Assembly (NCBI GenBank): GCA_036172245.1
Contig: JAYWIR010000018.1
Span: forward strand, 1,674,001-1,738,000
Source: Raillietiella orientalis
Taxonomy: Eukaryota
Reading direction: 5' to 3'
Length of the DNA: 64,000 nucleotides
The position numbers and the translations under genes are program-made. Below the pieces are notes generated by a model. The model was given only the letters and a program-made list of their open reading frames with translations. It searched no databases and was not told where the DNA came from. Shown piece after piece: positions 48,101 to 61,746 of the stretch. Numbering within the stretch: the stretch's first letter is position 1; each line of letters starts with the position of its first letter.

Positions 48101-49975
48101 GCTGGTGCAGTTAGGCGGGGAAGGAGTCCCCCAGATGCTCTCCCGGTTTTCCCGGAGCGTGCAGAAGGAAGGGCAACGGGTGAGCCACAGTTCCGTTCCG
48201 AGTCGTAGGGAGGAATCCCTGGATGACAAAAGCCAGATCCACCCGAGTGGTCGGGAGGAGGAGAAAGGGAAGGGATCCTAGCTCCCGCCCGTGCATCGGG
48301 TTTCCTGAGAAACGTCCTCGAGGGTCAGGGACGGACACTGGAGGGAGCGGCCGGTCCAGAAGGAGGGAGGTGCGGTCCGGGTGGGAGCGAACGGTCGCTT
48401 CTCTCTCTTTCCGTTTCCTCCCGGTCCAGCGCGATGTCCCTAACAGTGGCGCGAGGCCCTCTCTCAGGGACAAGCAGGGTCAAACGAAAGAGATAGCACG
48501 GTATCCTGGAAAGGGAAGCAACACTCCACTCTCCTGAGAAGGGACTCCAGCCTCCGTGCTCCGGCTCCAGCTCGACCTGATCAGGGAAAGAAGGGGCTGC
48601 GGCTGTCCTTCAAGCATCCATCAGGAAGAGCAGGGATCTCTCCGTTTGGCATCGTCCCACGGGGAGCGGGAGAGAAGCGAGGGAGAGGAAGACCTTTGGT
48701 TCGCTCGACGGCACTTCTTTCTCCTCCTCCATGGAAGAAGACGAAAAGGCCAACTTCGAGGAGAAAGACCCTCTCTCACCCTTTCTCCTCACGCTTCCCA
48801 TCGGGAAATGGAGTGGGAGCTGGGAAAAGCGCAGGAGGGGGAGGAACTAGATCTGCAACAACAGGAAGAGAAATCGGACCGCACAGAGCAGGCTTGACCT
48901 GCTTTCCCGACCCACGGGGCTGTACCTCTCTCACCACCACCCCGATAAACTCCACTTCGAACGCGCTGCAGGAAAGCGCAAAAGAGAACGGGGAGCAACC
49001 TACAGCTGAGGGGACCAACCACTCGGGATGGTCTGATGCAGGACACGCAGCATTCTCTCTGCACATACAGGGTAGTCCAGCCCTCCTCCTCGCCTTGCAC
49101 TCAAGGGAGGACGCGTTGATCCCAGCAGTGTTCATCCCGCGCGATCCATCAGTGTCCATTTTTGCTGCCCGAAGGTAGCGACGACCAATGGGAGAAATCG
49201 GTTGGCCACTCAGAACAAAACAGGAAGACGTCTAAAAAATATCCAGTCCAGCGTGCTTTTGCAGTGTCAGCCTTCAGTGCTCTTACAGAGGCTCAGCCTC
49301 CATCAGATCTCTCCTCTGAGGGAGGGGCAGAGAAGGAAAAGAAGGAAGAAGACGGAGCAGAGGGAACACAGGGTGATCAACGAGGCCCTTTCCTGACGAG
49401 GAGCGTCGCCCTTTGCTTCATTGCTGAGCGCATGGGTCTCCAGGAATGCACCCGAGGCCGAACTACCGCTCCCTTTCCATTTCCTTCTCCGTTGCGCCCA
49501 CCCTTCGACGGGGCAGAATTGCTGCCTGGTGGCCTCGCCCGAAGGCAACGCGTCCTTTAAGGAGAGCGGAGCCACTCCTCGTGTTGAGGGGAACTCTTTG
49601 CTGCTCATCTGCTCCCTGCTTCCTCTCTGCGGACTGTGTTCTTTTCTTCTCGAGCCTCACAGAGAGAACCCCAGCTGCTGCTCCCACGGTACCTTCCACC
49701 GGCGGGGATGTTGCCGCTTTCGAGACTTTGTACTATCACCTGGGCAGTATAAAGTCTTCGATCCACAGGACGTCGAAGGAAGGGAGGGCAGGAACTCTAT
49801 CCACGACAGCGCTGTCAGACGGGTACGCTCTGTTGCAGTCGCCACATCATCCCGAGAAATCTTCCTGTTCCTGTCGTGGGCTCGTTGCGATGGACTACCG
49901 GAATGAAACCAACAAAGTGCAGGGATATCCTCAGAGATTTCTCTGTTTGACACTGCAATGGATGTCTGAGACCCG

Positions 49976-50443
49976 GAAGGGATGAGTGGGTAGAGTGAGA
50001 GGAAGGGAGGAGAAGGAGTGGTCACCCCGAAGTGTCGCTCACGGAATTCTCCATGCCTATGGGTGGAGGACTAGGTTCCGCCCGAACCCAGGTCGTCCTG
50101 CAGCCCGTTCCCATGGACGGGAGGGGGCGCGTTCCCCAATCCCTGAATCGAGCGGCTGCAGGGGCTTCATTTTTCTCCACCTTCCCTCTCCCTCTTTCCT
50201 CCAACGAGAGCCGGTTGCCAAGCAACACGGAGGGACTCCTGCTTTTGCTGTTGTTGTTGTTTTCCTTCCTTTTTCTTTCCTTCTCCCGAGGGTTTCTGGG
50301 CGACTCGGTGATACGCGCTCGAATGCGAAGTGATCTCCTGGGGTTCCTGGAAGAAGGAAGGAACGGGTCTGAGGCCTCGTTGACACCGGATCGTTTCTCC
50401 TTGGAATCCCGTTGTCACGGAGACACGTCTCGGGTTCTGAACC
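49976..50443 (+). repeat. Second copy of the 44664-45187 repeat
   Basis: Near-identical blocks shared with 44664-45187. Confidence 0.9.
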
Positions 50444-53400
50444 CGGAACTCTGACCACTCCCGGTCATCATCCCAGGATACGCGCTCGCGGAGTTCTTCG
50501 TGCTCTGTGAGCAAGAGCCGCTCCATACGTAGGAGGAAAAGAAGAGGAAAAAAGGGGACGTCCCAGAGGAGCAAAAGCAGGATGCTGCCTGCAGCCCCGC
50601 CGTTCAGGTCTCTCCTTCCCTTCCTCTTCAAGAAGGGTAGCACCTAATTTCCCCGACTGCCTAGGCATTCTCACGGAGTGGCTCTTCCCCTCTACTCCTG
50701 CTTGGAGAGATGACAGAGGGCCATCTCTAGGTGAAGAGCGACTCTCAGGGGAGTGCCCTCAACCTCGTTCCCGTCGTCATCCTGAAGACGTCCGCTTCGG
50801 AGGACTTCCATGCAATCCAGCGCCGCTGTCTTGACTCCCTCTCTGGGGCCAGAAAAGAAGCAAGGAAGGCTCTAGTCCTCTTCTGGGTCCAGGGATCTCG
50901 GATCCACGTGGGTGGCTGCCCCGCAGAGGACTCGCCCACCTCTCCCTTCACGTCGTCCCAGGTTCCGAAGGAGCACCTCCAGAACCCTAAGCTCTGAGTC
51001 CTTCTTCCCTTCACGAGGATGCTGGAACTGGAGGATCCGGGCATGAAAGGAGAGCATTCCCCCTCAGCATTCAGAGAGAGTCCCTCTCTCTGAATGATGA
51101 GCTACACCGCTCTGAGGCGATGATGGCCTTCTCCCCGGAGCTCCGTCCTTCGGGAAAAAGACATGTCGAGGTGGGCGGAAAGGTGGGGGAAGAGCACTTT
51201 TGCGCAGTGGCACGGGGAACGCAAAGGCTTCAGGAACAGCGTTTTTTCTTCGGTTTGCTTCTAATTGCGTAGGGGAGGAAAAGAGAAGCCGTCCTCTCGG
51301 ATTTCTCCGGGATGCTGTTGACTCGGAGCAAAGGTGGTTTATCGGACAGTGACTGGTACTACTTCTGTGGGAGACCATATTTGTCCGTGCACCCCACGTT
51401 GGGATGGAAGAGATGGTGTGTGTAGTCGTCTCCAGGGAGGGAAGGCAGGGAGTATGCTGGCACGCGTGCCCGGTTCGCCAGGATCCTCCAAAGTTAGTCT
51501 CCTCCCCTCTTCCTGTCTTGTTTCGGGCAGAAAGAACCACTTCTTAAGGCAGATAGGGAAAGAGAGAGGGGCAACTCCTGGCGAGGCCACCAGGGGACCC
51601 CTTTCTCTCTTCCAAGGTCAGTGAATGCGGGGTGAGAACCTCGTCCTCCTCTTTCAGTTCCCTCTGCATCCCAGGAGGCCTCTCTCTCTCTCTCGTAGAC
51701 ACGCCTGAGTGCCTTCTCTTATACCTTCTCCCTCCCCCCCATCCTTCCCTTAGAAATGAGCTCCCCCCGTCGATTTCCTACATTCGCACGAGTCCACGAA
51801 GTCCTTTCTCTCCCCCTGGCTAGGTTTTGCCTCCACTTCCTCGTTTTCCTTTCCCTTGTCCCCCCTACCGCGATCAGGGCGGCTTTGGACTCCTGCGATC
51901 GCGTTCGCAACTCCCCGTTTCCATGGCCACCATTGCCAGCGCAGGCAGAGAACCAAAGCACGCTCCCGCGGAGCACGCAACCTCCTCCGCCCACCGAGGA
52001 ACCGTCCGGGCGCTCGTTATTTATTTACGAGTCCAGATGCGTTCTCCCGCCCGTGTCATCGTGGAGACACACGCTCTATGCCGTTGCCCCGGGACCTCTG
52101 AAGCGAGTCCCCCATCCCTCTTCTCCACTACCTAACGTGCTTCGGGGAGGAGGGCGTATTGTCCATCTCGCCCCATCCCACCGGCAGGAGGCTCCCGAAA
52201 TCCTCCCTTCCACGAATTCCCACTTCGCCTGCCATCCCCTTTCCCTCCAGCGGGACCCTCTGGCTACCGACCGGCCTGCAACATCTCATCCTCCGGCGGC
52301 GTCCGCTGTCATTCTCAGGCGGCCGTTCCTGGGCTAGCTTCCCGCAGTCTCCTCGCAAGGAGACCTCTGTGACCCGAGACTATACGGGAAGAAGCTTTCG
52401 AGGGGACGAACACGGGAACTTTCTTTATGAATGGTACGGATGGAAATGGGAAACTGACAGCATTCTGGGAGCTTCAACGGCTCTAGGAGTTGCCCCGGAC
52501 ACGGAGAGCGAGGGTGACTCCGAGTGATCCTGTGGGACTCGTCGCTTGGCACTACCTTCTGAGTCCCAACCTCTTCCAAAGTCGTCCCTGATGCTCCCGG
52601 AAACCCGTACTATGGAAGATTCCCAGACCCTTCTGCGCCCGGCTCCCGCTCCCACCATCCTTCTTTGTCCCTTCTTTGTCTCTTGAGAGCATCTCCTTGG
52701 TGTCCTTAGGTGTGGGTGTCGCTGTTCCCGGTCTGCTTCTCATAGGGAGGAAGCGGAATAGACCAGCAGGCGTTCTCTGCCGCTGTTATCTTAGAAAGCG
52801 CACGGGTTCTCCGCCCTCTCTAGGAAGGAGGCGCCTCAGGGAGCAGCCCGGAAGGGAAGTTCGCTGCACTTCTGGGAGCACGCGGCGCTGGACTCGGGGA
52901 CAGCTTCAGGTCCTGCCGTGGATGATGGGGGAAGAAGGATGTCAGAGACGTGAGAAGAGGGGAGGAACAGGGAGCGCAGTCCCTCCAGGAGGCGCCTCGA
53001 CTCAGGTGAAGGAGGGAGGAGGCGGACGGCGGCTGCTCCGTTTTGACGGAAGACTTCCCGATGGGATCCCAGGAAGATGCACCGCGCGCCTCCTCCTCTT
53101 CCTCGCCATCCTCATCTTCAATTTTCTTCTCTCTCTCTTCTCCTAGGATGAAGCAAGTCCCGTTCACACGCGCAAGAGGCGATCAGGCAAGTCCGTTAAC
53201 CCCTTCCCCTCCGGGAGGAGGAAAAAGAGGAAACTTCAAGGGAAGGAGGACGAGACCCCCAAATGGCCGGCAAGCGGATGGTCCGGGAGCGGCATCTGTC
53301 TTCCTGCTTTCCGGGAATAGCCTACGTAGCATCCAGGAAGGAAGAAAGGCGGCAAGATGGAAGTTGATTCAATAAGGAGGCTGGAGGTCTTGAAGGATCC

Positions 53401-55099
53401 GCTTCCGTGCACAGGGAGAGACGTTGGAATGCCCTCCGCTCACGAGAGATGGGAAAGGATCAGGACGGATGGCCCAGGAGAAGCAGTTCCGGGAGCTCCC
53501 TTAGACGGGATCTCTGATTGCGTGGGGACTGAAAAGCTCCTCTCCTACTTCCGGTGATTCTATGGGAATGTGGGAGATCGACTGAGGGAATGGGGACGCG
53601 CTCCCTCCTACCGATTCCGTCCCGACGATGGCGATTGCCCCGCGCGCCCTCAGTGCTCAGGAGAGTTTCCCAAAACCGCAGGAGGGAGATGCTCCGGCAG
53701 CATTCTCCGGGTGGAGCGGTCTATCGGAACTGCCTCAGGGAAAGGTAGTGTCCGGGGAGGGAGCTTGGTGGGCCGCTGATCCGCTTTCGGAGGGGAAGGA
53801 AAGCGCGGGAGACAAGTTTGCTGGCTGTGATGGCTTGCGCGCCACTCCCTCCGTTGGTCCTCGGAGCCAGCAAGCATCCTCGGCTGTGCTCCCTTCCCAA
53901 GGCTTCTAATCCTCTTGTGGGTCATCACTCCTACTGCTCCTCACCTCCCTTCCCTTCTCCCTTCCCCTCCCCCTGCCCCCCTTCATTCCTGGAGGCGGAC
54001 TCGCTCCTGACGTGACTTTGCTCAGGATCGCTCTGATCCTCCTGGAGGGGCCTCTCTCGATGCAATCGTTTCGACTCGCTACGGCCACGTGGTTCCCGCT
54101 ATTGGAAATCCGGCGAGCACTTCTGACGGCGTCTTGAGTGTTCGCTGCGTTACTCCGGAGGGAGGGATTGAAAACGAGCGGTGACTTTCCTTTCACCCTC
54201 GTTCCTGATCGGGATTGGCTCTGCTGCCCCTTTCCAGGCATCTTCTCCGCCAAAAGGCGACGCCCAACGATTCACCCCGACCTGCGTCGGTGGAGACATC
54301 CATGGCAAGGACGAAGGTGGATCGGCGACCTTCCCGTCCTCTTCGACTCTTCCTACCTCCTCCGAGGGAGCAAACTCTCGACTTGCATCCACTCCTCCTT
54401 TTCCTCCTTTCCTTTCGCAAGGAAGGTGCTGCTGGCATTCGGGTAAGATGCAGATGGCGTGGGCGGGAGCACCACCTGACGAGAAAGAGGATGCCGAAGA
54501 CGACTGCTGGACGAGTGAGGAGGCCAGCAGATTGGGTCTCTGGATGTCCCCTAATTTCCCGGTCGTCTCCCGTGACCTCCAACTCTCGAAAGGCGCAGAT
54601 GAGGAGTCTGCAAGTAGCCAGCACTCCCGGGAATGCACACAGCGCACTCCCTGCCTCCGTGCCCTAGCAATCCCTGGAGTGCATCTTCGTACCCGCAGGC
54701 AGTCTCCCTACCCTCCGCATTCTTTCCCTTCTCCCTCAGGCACCCAACTACGAAAAGGAACAACACCTTGTCCGCATCCTCGCTTTTTTCATTCCCCTCT
54801 TTTCCCTCTCCTCCCCGTTTCCCTTCCTTCCCTACCGGAGTCCTGCGAACAAGCTGAGGAGCAGGCAGGAACGGCATCTTAGAACCACGAACAGTGTGGC
54901 GCACGTCTTGCTCTCTGCTCCAGGAGCCGTGATCCAAGTGATCGGGAAGCGTGCGGATAACTCCCTCCCATTGGGACAGAGGGATTGGGGGTTTGGACGT
55001 GGTCCCTCTCTCGTGCAAACCCTCCGGAGTCCTCCGGAAGATTTGCCAGGGGTTGGCCAGGGGGGAACGTAGCGTTAGCTGTTCTGACTGCTACGGAAT

Positions 55100-55520
55100 T
55101 CCTCCCTCCTTTCATCCCTTCCAGCGTCCAGCATCTCCAGGATGCCGCCGTCCATTCTGGAATCCTTTGGTTTCTTGTCCTAATAGAACCCCTGGAGTCT
55201 GTTGGATTCATGGATGGCAGTGGCCTCCTGCATCCGTGGACTCGAATCAGAAAGCATCCACCTGGGAGTCGCCCGTCACATCCTGAGAAGCCGCCGCCGC
55301 CGTTATCCTGTTTTAGGACGTTCTCTTGCTTAAAACCACGCCGGGATCTTCTGGTCCATTCCAGAAGAACCTGGGATGCTATGTGTTCTGCTATATTCTC
55401 AGGAAGGACCGGGAGGACTTCTCCCTCCAGCACGACAGGAACGGGTAGCAAACCCAGCCAGGAGATGCAAACTCTGACCGTCTTCCCGGTTTGCAATTTG
55501 TCTCCCAGGATTCCCCGGAT
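55100..55520 (-). pseudogene. Possible decayed ORF1 fragment
   Basis: LPENIAEHIASQVL and PEWTAASWRCW resemble ORF1 LP..I.E..I and pre-knuckle segments. Confidence 0.3.
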
Positions 55521-57476
55521 CTCGCTTCTAGGAAGCTGCGACTCCTCCTTCTCCTCGCCATCTGCGGCTTTTTTTCTTTTTTTCTCGGGACTTTTCCTTC
55601 CTCGCGTGAGCCTCTCCCATCTCAGATCCTGCAGGAATCCCACTTGCACGGAACGCGTCCCTCTTCTCCAGGGAGCCAAGGGTTGGTTTCTTTCCTGAGT
55701 TCTGGAGGCTGGTTTGAACTCCGGGGGGAGCAAAGTGGACGGGGAGAGGGAGAAAAGGAACGGCGCGCCTCTCAGGAAAACGGGTCTCCGCTTCCATGAC
55801 GTCACAGAAGGACGGAAAGTAGCAGAAGCCACCGGGTTCAGGCATAGAGGAGGAAGATGGTTGTAGAGGTGCAACGTACGTGCCTGGGGAGGCCTCGAAT
55901 GCCGAACAACCCTTCGGAGCGGACCACTGGAGCTGCTGCGGAGGGGCACCCTCCTGGACGATGTGGTACCGTCCATACCACCCACTCCCTGGAACTTTTT
56001 TTTTTATTGCCCAATTCCTTTCTCTCCGTACCTTTCCTGTTTTTTTTATATATTCACCCCGGTGTACACGAGCGAACCAAAGACCCTTGCCAATCACCCT
56101 GTGTTTCCTTATCTTTTTCGTTGTTCCCCTTCCCCTCCCTCCCGTTCCAGACTTTCGGATATCCCGACCTGTGTATCGGCGGAGCCTCCCCTTGAACTTT
56201 TGTGCTTGGTTGGGAACCAGAGTGTTCCCAGCTTCCCGGAACTTTTTTCACACCTCCCGAGCGTCCCACTCGATGGTCTCTACTCGCTCCGCCTCAAGTC
56301 TCCAGTTCGGAGTCCTAAGGAGCTCGAAGCGTCTCGGAGAACAAGGTCGGACGGTCCGTGACCGGTCTGAAATGCTCGTCTCCTTAACAGCGATGACGCA
56401 CTTCCCCCTCGTGAATCGCGTTTTTTTTTTTAAAAAAAAAAAAAAAGAATTTTTTGTCTTCCTTATTTTTTTTTTTGCTTTTGCTTGCAGAGACCCACCC
56501 CATCCCATCTTCGGTATGCTGCTCTTCGAAGCGGACCATAGTTTCAAGCCTCACGACTCTCTCGTTCCGCCAACGGACGGAAGGCGGGAACGAGAGAGTC
56601 ATGCGGCTTCCGTCCGTTGGCGAGTCCTTGGCCTCTCCCTGCAGGCTCTCGGGGGATCTCCCCGAAGAAAGAAGCCCCCACGCTGGCTCCTTTTGCTCGC
56701 TCCAGCTCGGAAGAGGCGCTGCTGCACCGCAACCGGAAGGACGCGACCGCCGTTCGCGCGGAATGGCTCGCCGGAGAGGGACGCGTCCCGCAATCGGGCC
56801 TCAGGAGTTCGAACTGGTACTTCCACTCTCGGCTTCCGTCTGCAGCGACCGGTCCCGGGTCCCTCGCGATTCCCCCACGTCTACGAAATGACCAAGTCCT
56901 AACAGGAGAGCTGCACCTTGAATGCTCCCTCAGGGCTCTCTTAGAGAAGAACCGGCTGATCCGCCAGGTCGACCGATGAGCGGATCGACTCCAACGGTAG
57001 TTGCCTCCGAAAATGCAGGCGTTGCTAGGAAACACAACGAGCTCCCAAGGCTCTTTGCTTGCCACCGTCGAGGTAAGATGGTTCTTGCGGGAAACAAAAA
57101 TCTTTCGGGTGCAGCTTCCAAAGTACCCAAACATGAGTAAAGAAAAGAGAAGCAGACTGGACCCCACATCACAAGAGTCAGCAGGTCATCCGAGGAACAA
57201 CGGTGCCTCGCAGCCTGAAACATCCCTGGCTAGGATGTGGCTGCCAGCGAAATCGGAGGAAGGGATCCAAGAACCTGAGCTTCGGCCTAAGGGATGCGGC
57301 CAGCAATCCAGGCTGGGAACCAGTAAGCGGACCCCAGCCGCCAGCCTGTCCCTGGAGAGCGCGGACCTCCGCATCGTCCAGATTCGACCAGATTTGCTGC
57401 TCCAAAGAGAATGAAGAATCGTGTCGGACGTCGTCGCCTGCACCTACGAAGACTCGGCGGCTGACTTTTGGAAGGG

Positions 57477-58410
57477 TCCAGACGGCAGGAGGAGAGAAAA
57501 CTTTGTTCCGCCACCTCAGAGCTCAGGCGGCCGTCATCGTCGGATGCTTGGGATCACGGGGGACGGCAGCATGGTGGAACAGCTGCACGTCGTAGGCGAC
57601 GGGCAGAACAAAGCATTTCTGATGCAGTCGCGCGACCTACACTGGAAGCATCCACCGGTTGAGCTCCTGTCCGCGGCTCGGACCCTTGTCCCAAGGAAGG
57701 GACAACGAGGATGGTTTTGAAGGCTGGAGAAACTCCCCAAATCTTTTGCCGCAGCTCCCGTCTCAACCTACTTTGAGTGAGCCGGGATGCAAATAAGAGA
57801 TCCCCTCCGTCTGCATTTGATGAGGACACATTTGCCATGGGAGCACAGAAGCTGCTTTATTCCCATTTGAATGCATACAGCGGATGTTGGCAGAGGATTC
57901 TCTCCACCATATCCACTTCATTCTTCCATCTACTTGCGATCTCCGCCTTCTGGACTGGTAGTCCAATGCTATGTCACGAGGATGTTGGAGCACCTTTCGC
58001 CCATCGCTTGAGGGCCACACAATCCAGGAAGCTGCTTCCCGTCCGCAAGGACGCGGCAAAACCAACGCTGCGTTCCCATTCGTAGGAGACTGGCGATTCC
58101 TCTGAAGGCGACAGAAACCACCACAGCCCGAGTCTTCTTGGACGAGCACGGAGAGTGCTGCAGAGCAAGCTGTTTTCCTCCTCCCACATTCGCCCTCCAT
58201 CCACCTACCCACCGGAGTTGCAAATGCCTCACTGCCAGTAAGTAAACAACCATTTCCATGGGATGGACATCGGCATCTTTCTTCGGAGGTTTCTTAGGGC
58301 AATCTCTCCTCCCCTCCCCCATACTTATGCAACGCAAACTGATCGACCAATCATCTCATCAAAGACTTGACTTCGGCCTAAATGCATCGGCGTAACGCTC
58401 AACGCTAAGG
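57477..58410 (-). mobile_element. Family B internal fragment with finger-like CFQCRSRDCIRNALFCP
   Basis: DNA similarity to 1370-1595; 57999-58362 is a close inverted copy of 61747-62110. It stops before the GVYL terminus. Confidence 0.7.
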
Positions 58411-59115
58411 AGCTTCGTGGGCACGCTAGGGATTTTTTAGGTACTCGAGTAGCTCCTTTTCTTTGGATGACCCCGTACTTTTAGGAATCCTGCGAACCGA
58501 CGCCAAAGCAGGCACTCATCCGGAGGAGAAGCGAGAGGTGGCCAGCTTCAGATGCTTGCTCTTCTTCCTTTGGCGATCTTCGGGTGGAACCGGGCTCCGC
58601 CAAGGGAATCTGGTTCTGCCACAGCCGTCTGCTCTTCCGGACGGGTTTGTTCTTTTGGAGAGTCAGCCGAAGTGCGCAAGTCACTCCTCGAGCCGGAGAC
58701 CACCCGCCGCTCCGCTTCCTCTGGAGCTGTCGGTGATGCCTTCCGGGATCAGGAGGCGCTAAGCGTGGTGAGGCTGCCTCTCGTTTGGAGAGCCGGGTCT
58801 GGAGAGAACACAGGCCCATTCCAACACCCCCAGGGATTGGATTGGTCTCAGGCTCCCAGGACCGCATCCAGAAAGCGGCAGGGAGCTGGAGCTGCGCTGC
58901 TGCGCAGAGAAAGGAGGACGTGGTTGCTGGATGGACTTACCGATTCGCAGGAGGAACGTCAGAGTCAAAACAGCTTTGCTTCGACTTGATCTGAGCTCAG
59001 CTGTGACGGGAGGAGGAGGAGTCAACAAATAGATTAATAGACACGAGTTAATGGTTCTTGTTTGCCACGTTCAGCAGGCATCATCTGGCGCGTCTTATCC
59101 CGATAGTGTTCGGTG

Positions 59116-60157
59116 ATGCCACCCGGGTACTCCGGGACGTTTATTAAAAAAACGTTTCACTCGTCATTACAGTACCCGCCGCACCCTGCGAGAAATACTT
59201 GAATTTCCCGCGGGTTGCACGTGGGCAGAGACGACCCCCCTTGCTACGGCGATGCCCTACCTCCGGAGGGCGCTTAGCGGCAGCCAGAAGCCGAGGTGGC
59301 AAGTCTCCTGCCGAATCGCAGGCAGGGAGAAGATGTTAAGCGGCTGGACCACAGGAGAACTGGCGGACGCCACGACACCGAACGTCCAGCCGAGAGGACT
59401 TTTGCGATGGGGCGAGCTGCTCGCCATCCCCATGGATGTGCTGAAGTGGCCCCCGGTGTTGTTTGAATCAAGGATCCTGCCCCTTAAGCGGCAAGAATCG
59501 GTGCTGCTACTGTTGCATTGGGGTTTACCCTGCAACGTACGCCGCTTCCACTGGACAAGGGGAGCGGTGGATCCTCATTGTGCCAGGTGCGGAGAGCGGG
59601 AATCGCTCTCCCACCTACTTGTTGACTGTGCTGCCCTCCGTCCCCTCTGGGAACGGTTCGGGACGACCCTCGGTCTCCCTGTGGGCAGCCAACCCAGCGA
59701 GGTTCTCCGTCTTCTCTTCGTTCGGGACGCCCTTCATCCAGCTGCAGCCGTGGCAGCACTCTGCTGCATCCGAGGCATCGTGGCGGCCTGGAGCGATACC
59801 AGCGAGGAGAGAGTGGATTCAAACGCGATGGCTGTCATCCCATATGCTGTTCGCTTCCTGCGGAGAGCTATTGGATGACCCCAGCTGGGAAGATTGAAGA
59901 TGGACCTCGAGGGTATCCTGATAAGGATGGACCCTCCTCAAAGTGGACCGTGATCCCTTCCCTTCCCTCCAAAAACTCTTTTTTCTTTCTTTGTTTTCTG
60001 GTTTATTTTTCTTTTTGTTTTTCCCCCCATCCCCTTCCACTGCTGAGGAGAGTCACACCGGGCTGCGTCCCGGTGTCCCGGCAGGTCCGGCATTACGTGG
60101 CCGTTAGTGGGGCCTTGTACCACATACTGTAATGACGAGTGAAACGTTTTTTTTTTA
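59116..60157 (+). mobile_element. Family A insertion with an inverted 3' tip, flanked by the 13-bp direct repeat ATAGTGTTCGGTG (59103-59115, 60158-60170)
   Basis: The body (59176-60157) encodes an intact CARCGERESLSHLLVDC finger (ORF 59252..59878); 59142-59174 is the reverse complement of 60125-60160 apart from T-run length. Confidence 0.88.
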
Positions 60158-60928
60158 ATAGTGTTCGGTGCGAAAGAGTCTAATGAGAACTCGTGTTCGT
60201 CCTCGGCGCAGCGGAGCGCCCGCCAGGATCCCATCGCCTGCGAGGACTGCGGTCCAGCTCGGGAGGCGAAGGAAACACTCCCTCTCTCTTGTCGCGGTCG
60301 TGGGCGTGGACCCCCGTAGATCCTCTTCCTCCCCGGCAAACCAGGCTTCAAGAAAGAAGAGCAAGTACCGAGTGTTCATGGAACCTCAGACTGCCTGAGA
60401 AAGGAAATACGCCCATGGAAACATTACTGCTGAGGTGGCAGGTGGCGCCTCGTCGTGGCTCTTGGATTGGTAATATCGGTCTGTTTTGCAGAAGAGTTCG
60501 TGGGGGGAGCGCCTAGGGAGTGCTTCCCGAATAGGATCGCTTGAACCCATTCTTGTTGCTCTTTTGTTCCTTTTTTTCTTTTCTTTGCTTTTTGAGGAGG
60601 GAGGGGGAGGAACACTGGGGCAGGATTTCCCAGTCTTGCGGAAGATCAAATCGTTCAGCGTTCTTGCCTGTTGAAAGCTAACCGTATTCCAAGATCAACA
60701 GGAATCCCTGAGGGAAGATCGCAGTAACGAATCCTCCACATCTCGTCCTCGGGAGTTTATTTTCGTCCCTCCTTCCTTAGGAAAAATTTCTTCCTCGCTT
60801 TATCAATTTCATCCGGGGAAGCTGGCATCTTCCCTCGCTTGCGAAAAAAAAAAGCGCTGCTCCATGCGGTCGAGAGAGGTGCTGAACTCGTGAATGAAGA
60901 AGCGATCCTTTTTGATTTCGGGAACAGT

Positions 60929-61015
60929 GCACACACACACACACACACACATACACACGCGCGCGCGCACGCACGCACGCACGCACGCACACGCACACGC
61001 ACGCACGCGCACACA
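60929..61015. repeat. Compound microsatellite (CA)n/(CG)n/(CGCA)n
   Basis: Read directly. Confidence 0.9.
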
Positions 61016-61746
61016 CGGACTAGTGCATATTTCATTCTTTCGATTAAGCACCCAGTGGCAGGAGCGGCTCTCTCCAAGACGAACCTCGTGTGGAGTGACC
61101 CGAAGAAAAATCTTATCGCATGCAGCCTCTCTCTCAGAACGGCAACTTTTCAAACGGAAAGAGCAATGCCAGATTCTCCGCACTACCAAAGCTACAAAGT
61201 TTTGTTTCCTCCCCCCCTCCTCTCACTCTCTCTCCCTTCTTTCCTCCCTTTTTTTTTTTCCATATATTTTCTTAGAACATCAACAACAAGATGTCATTTA
61301 TTAGAGCGGCGACAGCTCCTAGACGCATCGGCGTACCCACTTATACGTCTGGGAGCCGCGGAAACTTTTTTGTTTATAGCAGCGATAAAAAAGAAAGCCA
61401 GCCAGAAAGACTTTCTGCAAAGCCAAGGCCACACATCTAGCGCTCCGCTGGAACCGCGGCGGCTCCCAGACACGAAGGGATAACGGCGCTGGTGCAGACA
61501 GAGAGAGAGGCCTTGCGCTGGGAACTCCCCGCTCGGACGGAGTCCCCCCTTATTACGCTGTTATGATTCCCTGTCTTGAAGTTGATGGCCGCTCTGAATT
61601 TCAGCATCCTTCGAGTTTCGATTGCACTGCTTCCTTCCCTCCCTCCTCCTTTCCATTCGATTCGAAAACAGGGATTTTCAAGTCCCGATTTTTCTCCCGC
61701 TCCCATGATGTGGACAGGATTCACCGGGACGGATTAGTCTGTCACG

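Noticed and set aside
60128..60147. Hammerhead-like TGACGAG..GAAAC at an A 3' end
   Set aside because: Lacks the C of CUGA and a stem II, and is absent from the other A copies.
61081..61200. LVWSDP resembling the PPP phosphatase LLWSDP motif, and a possible small exon
   Set aside because: No other phosphatase motifs and no convincing splice sites.
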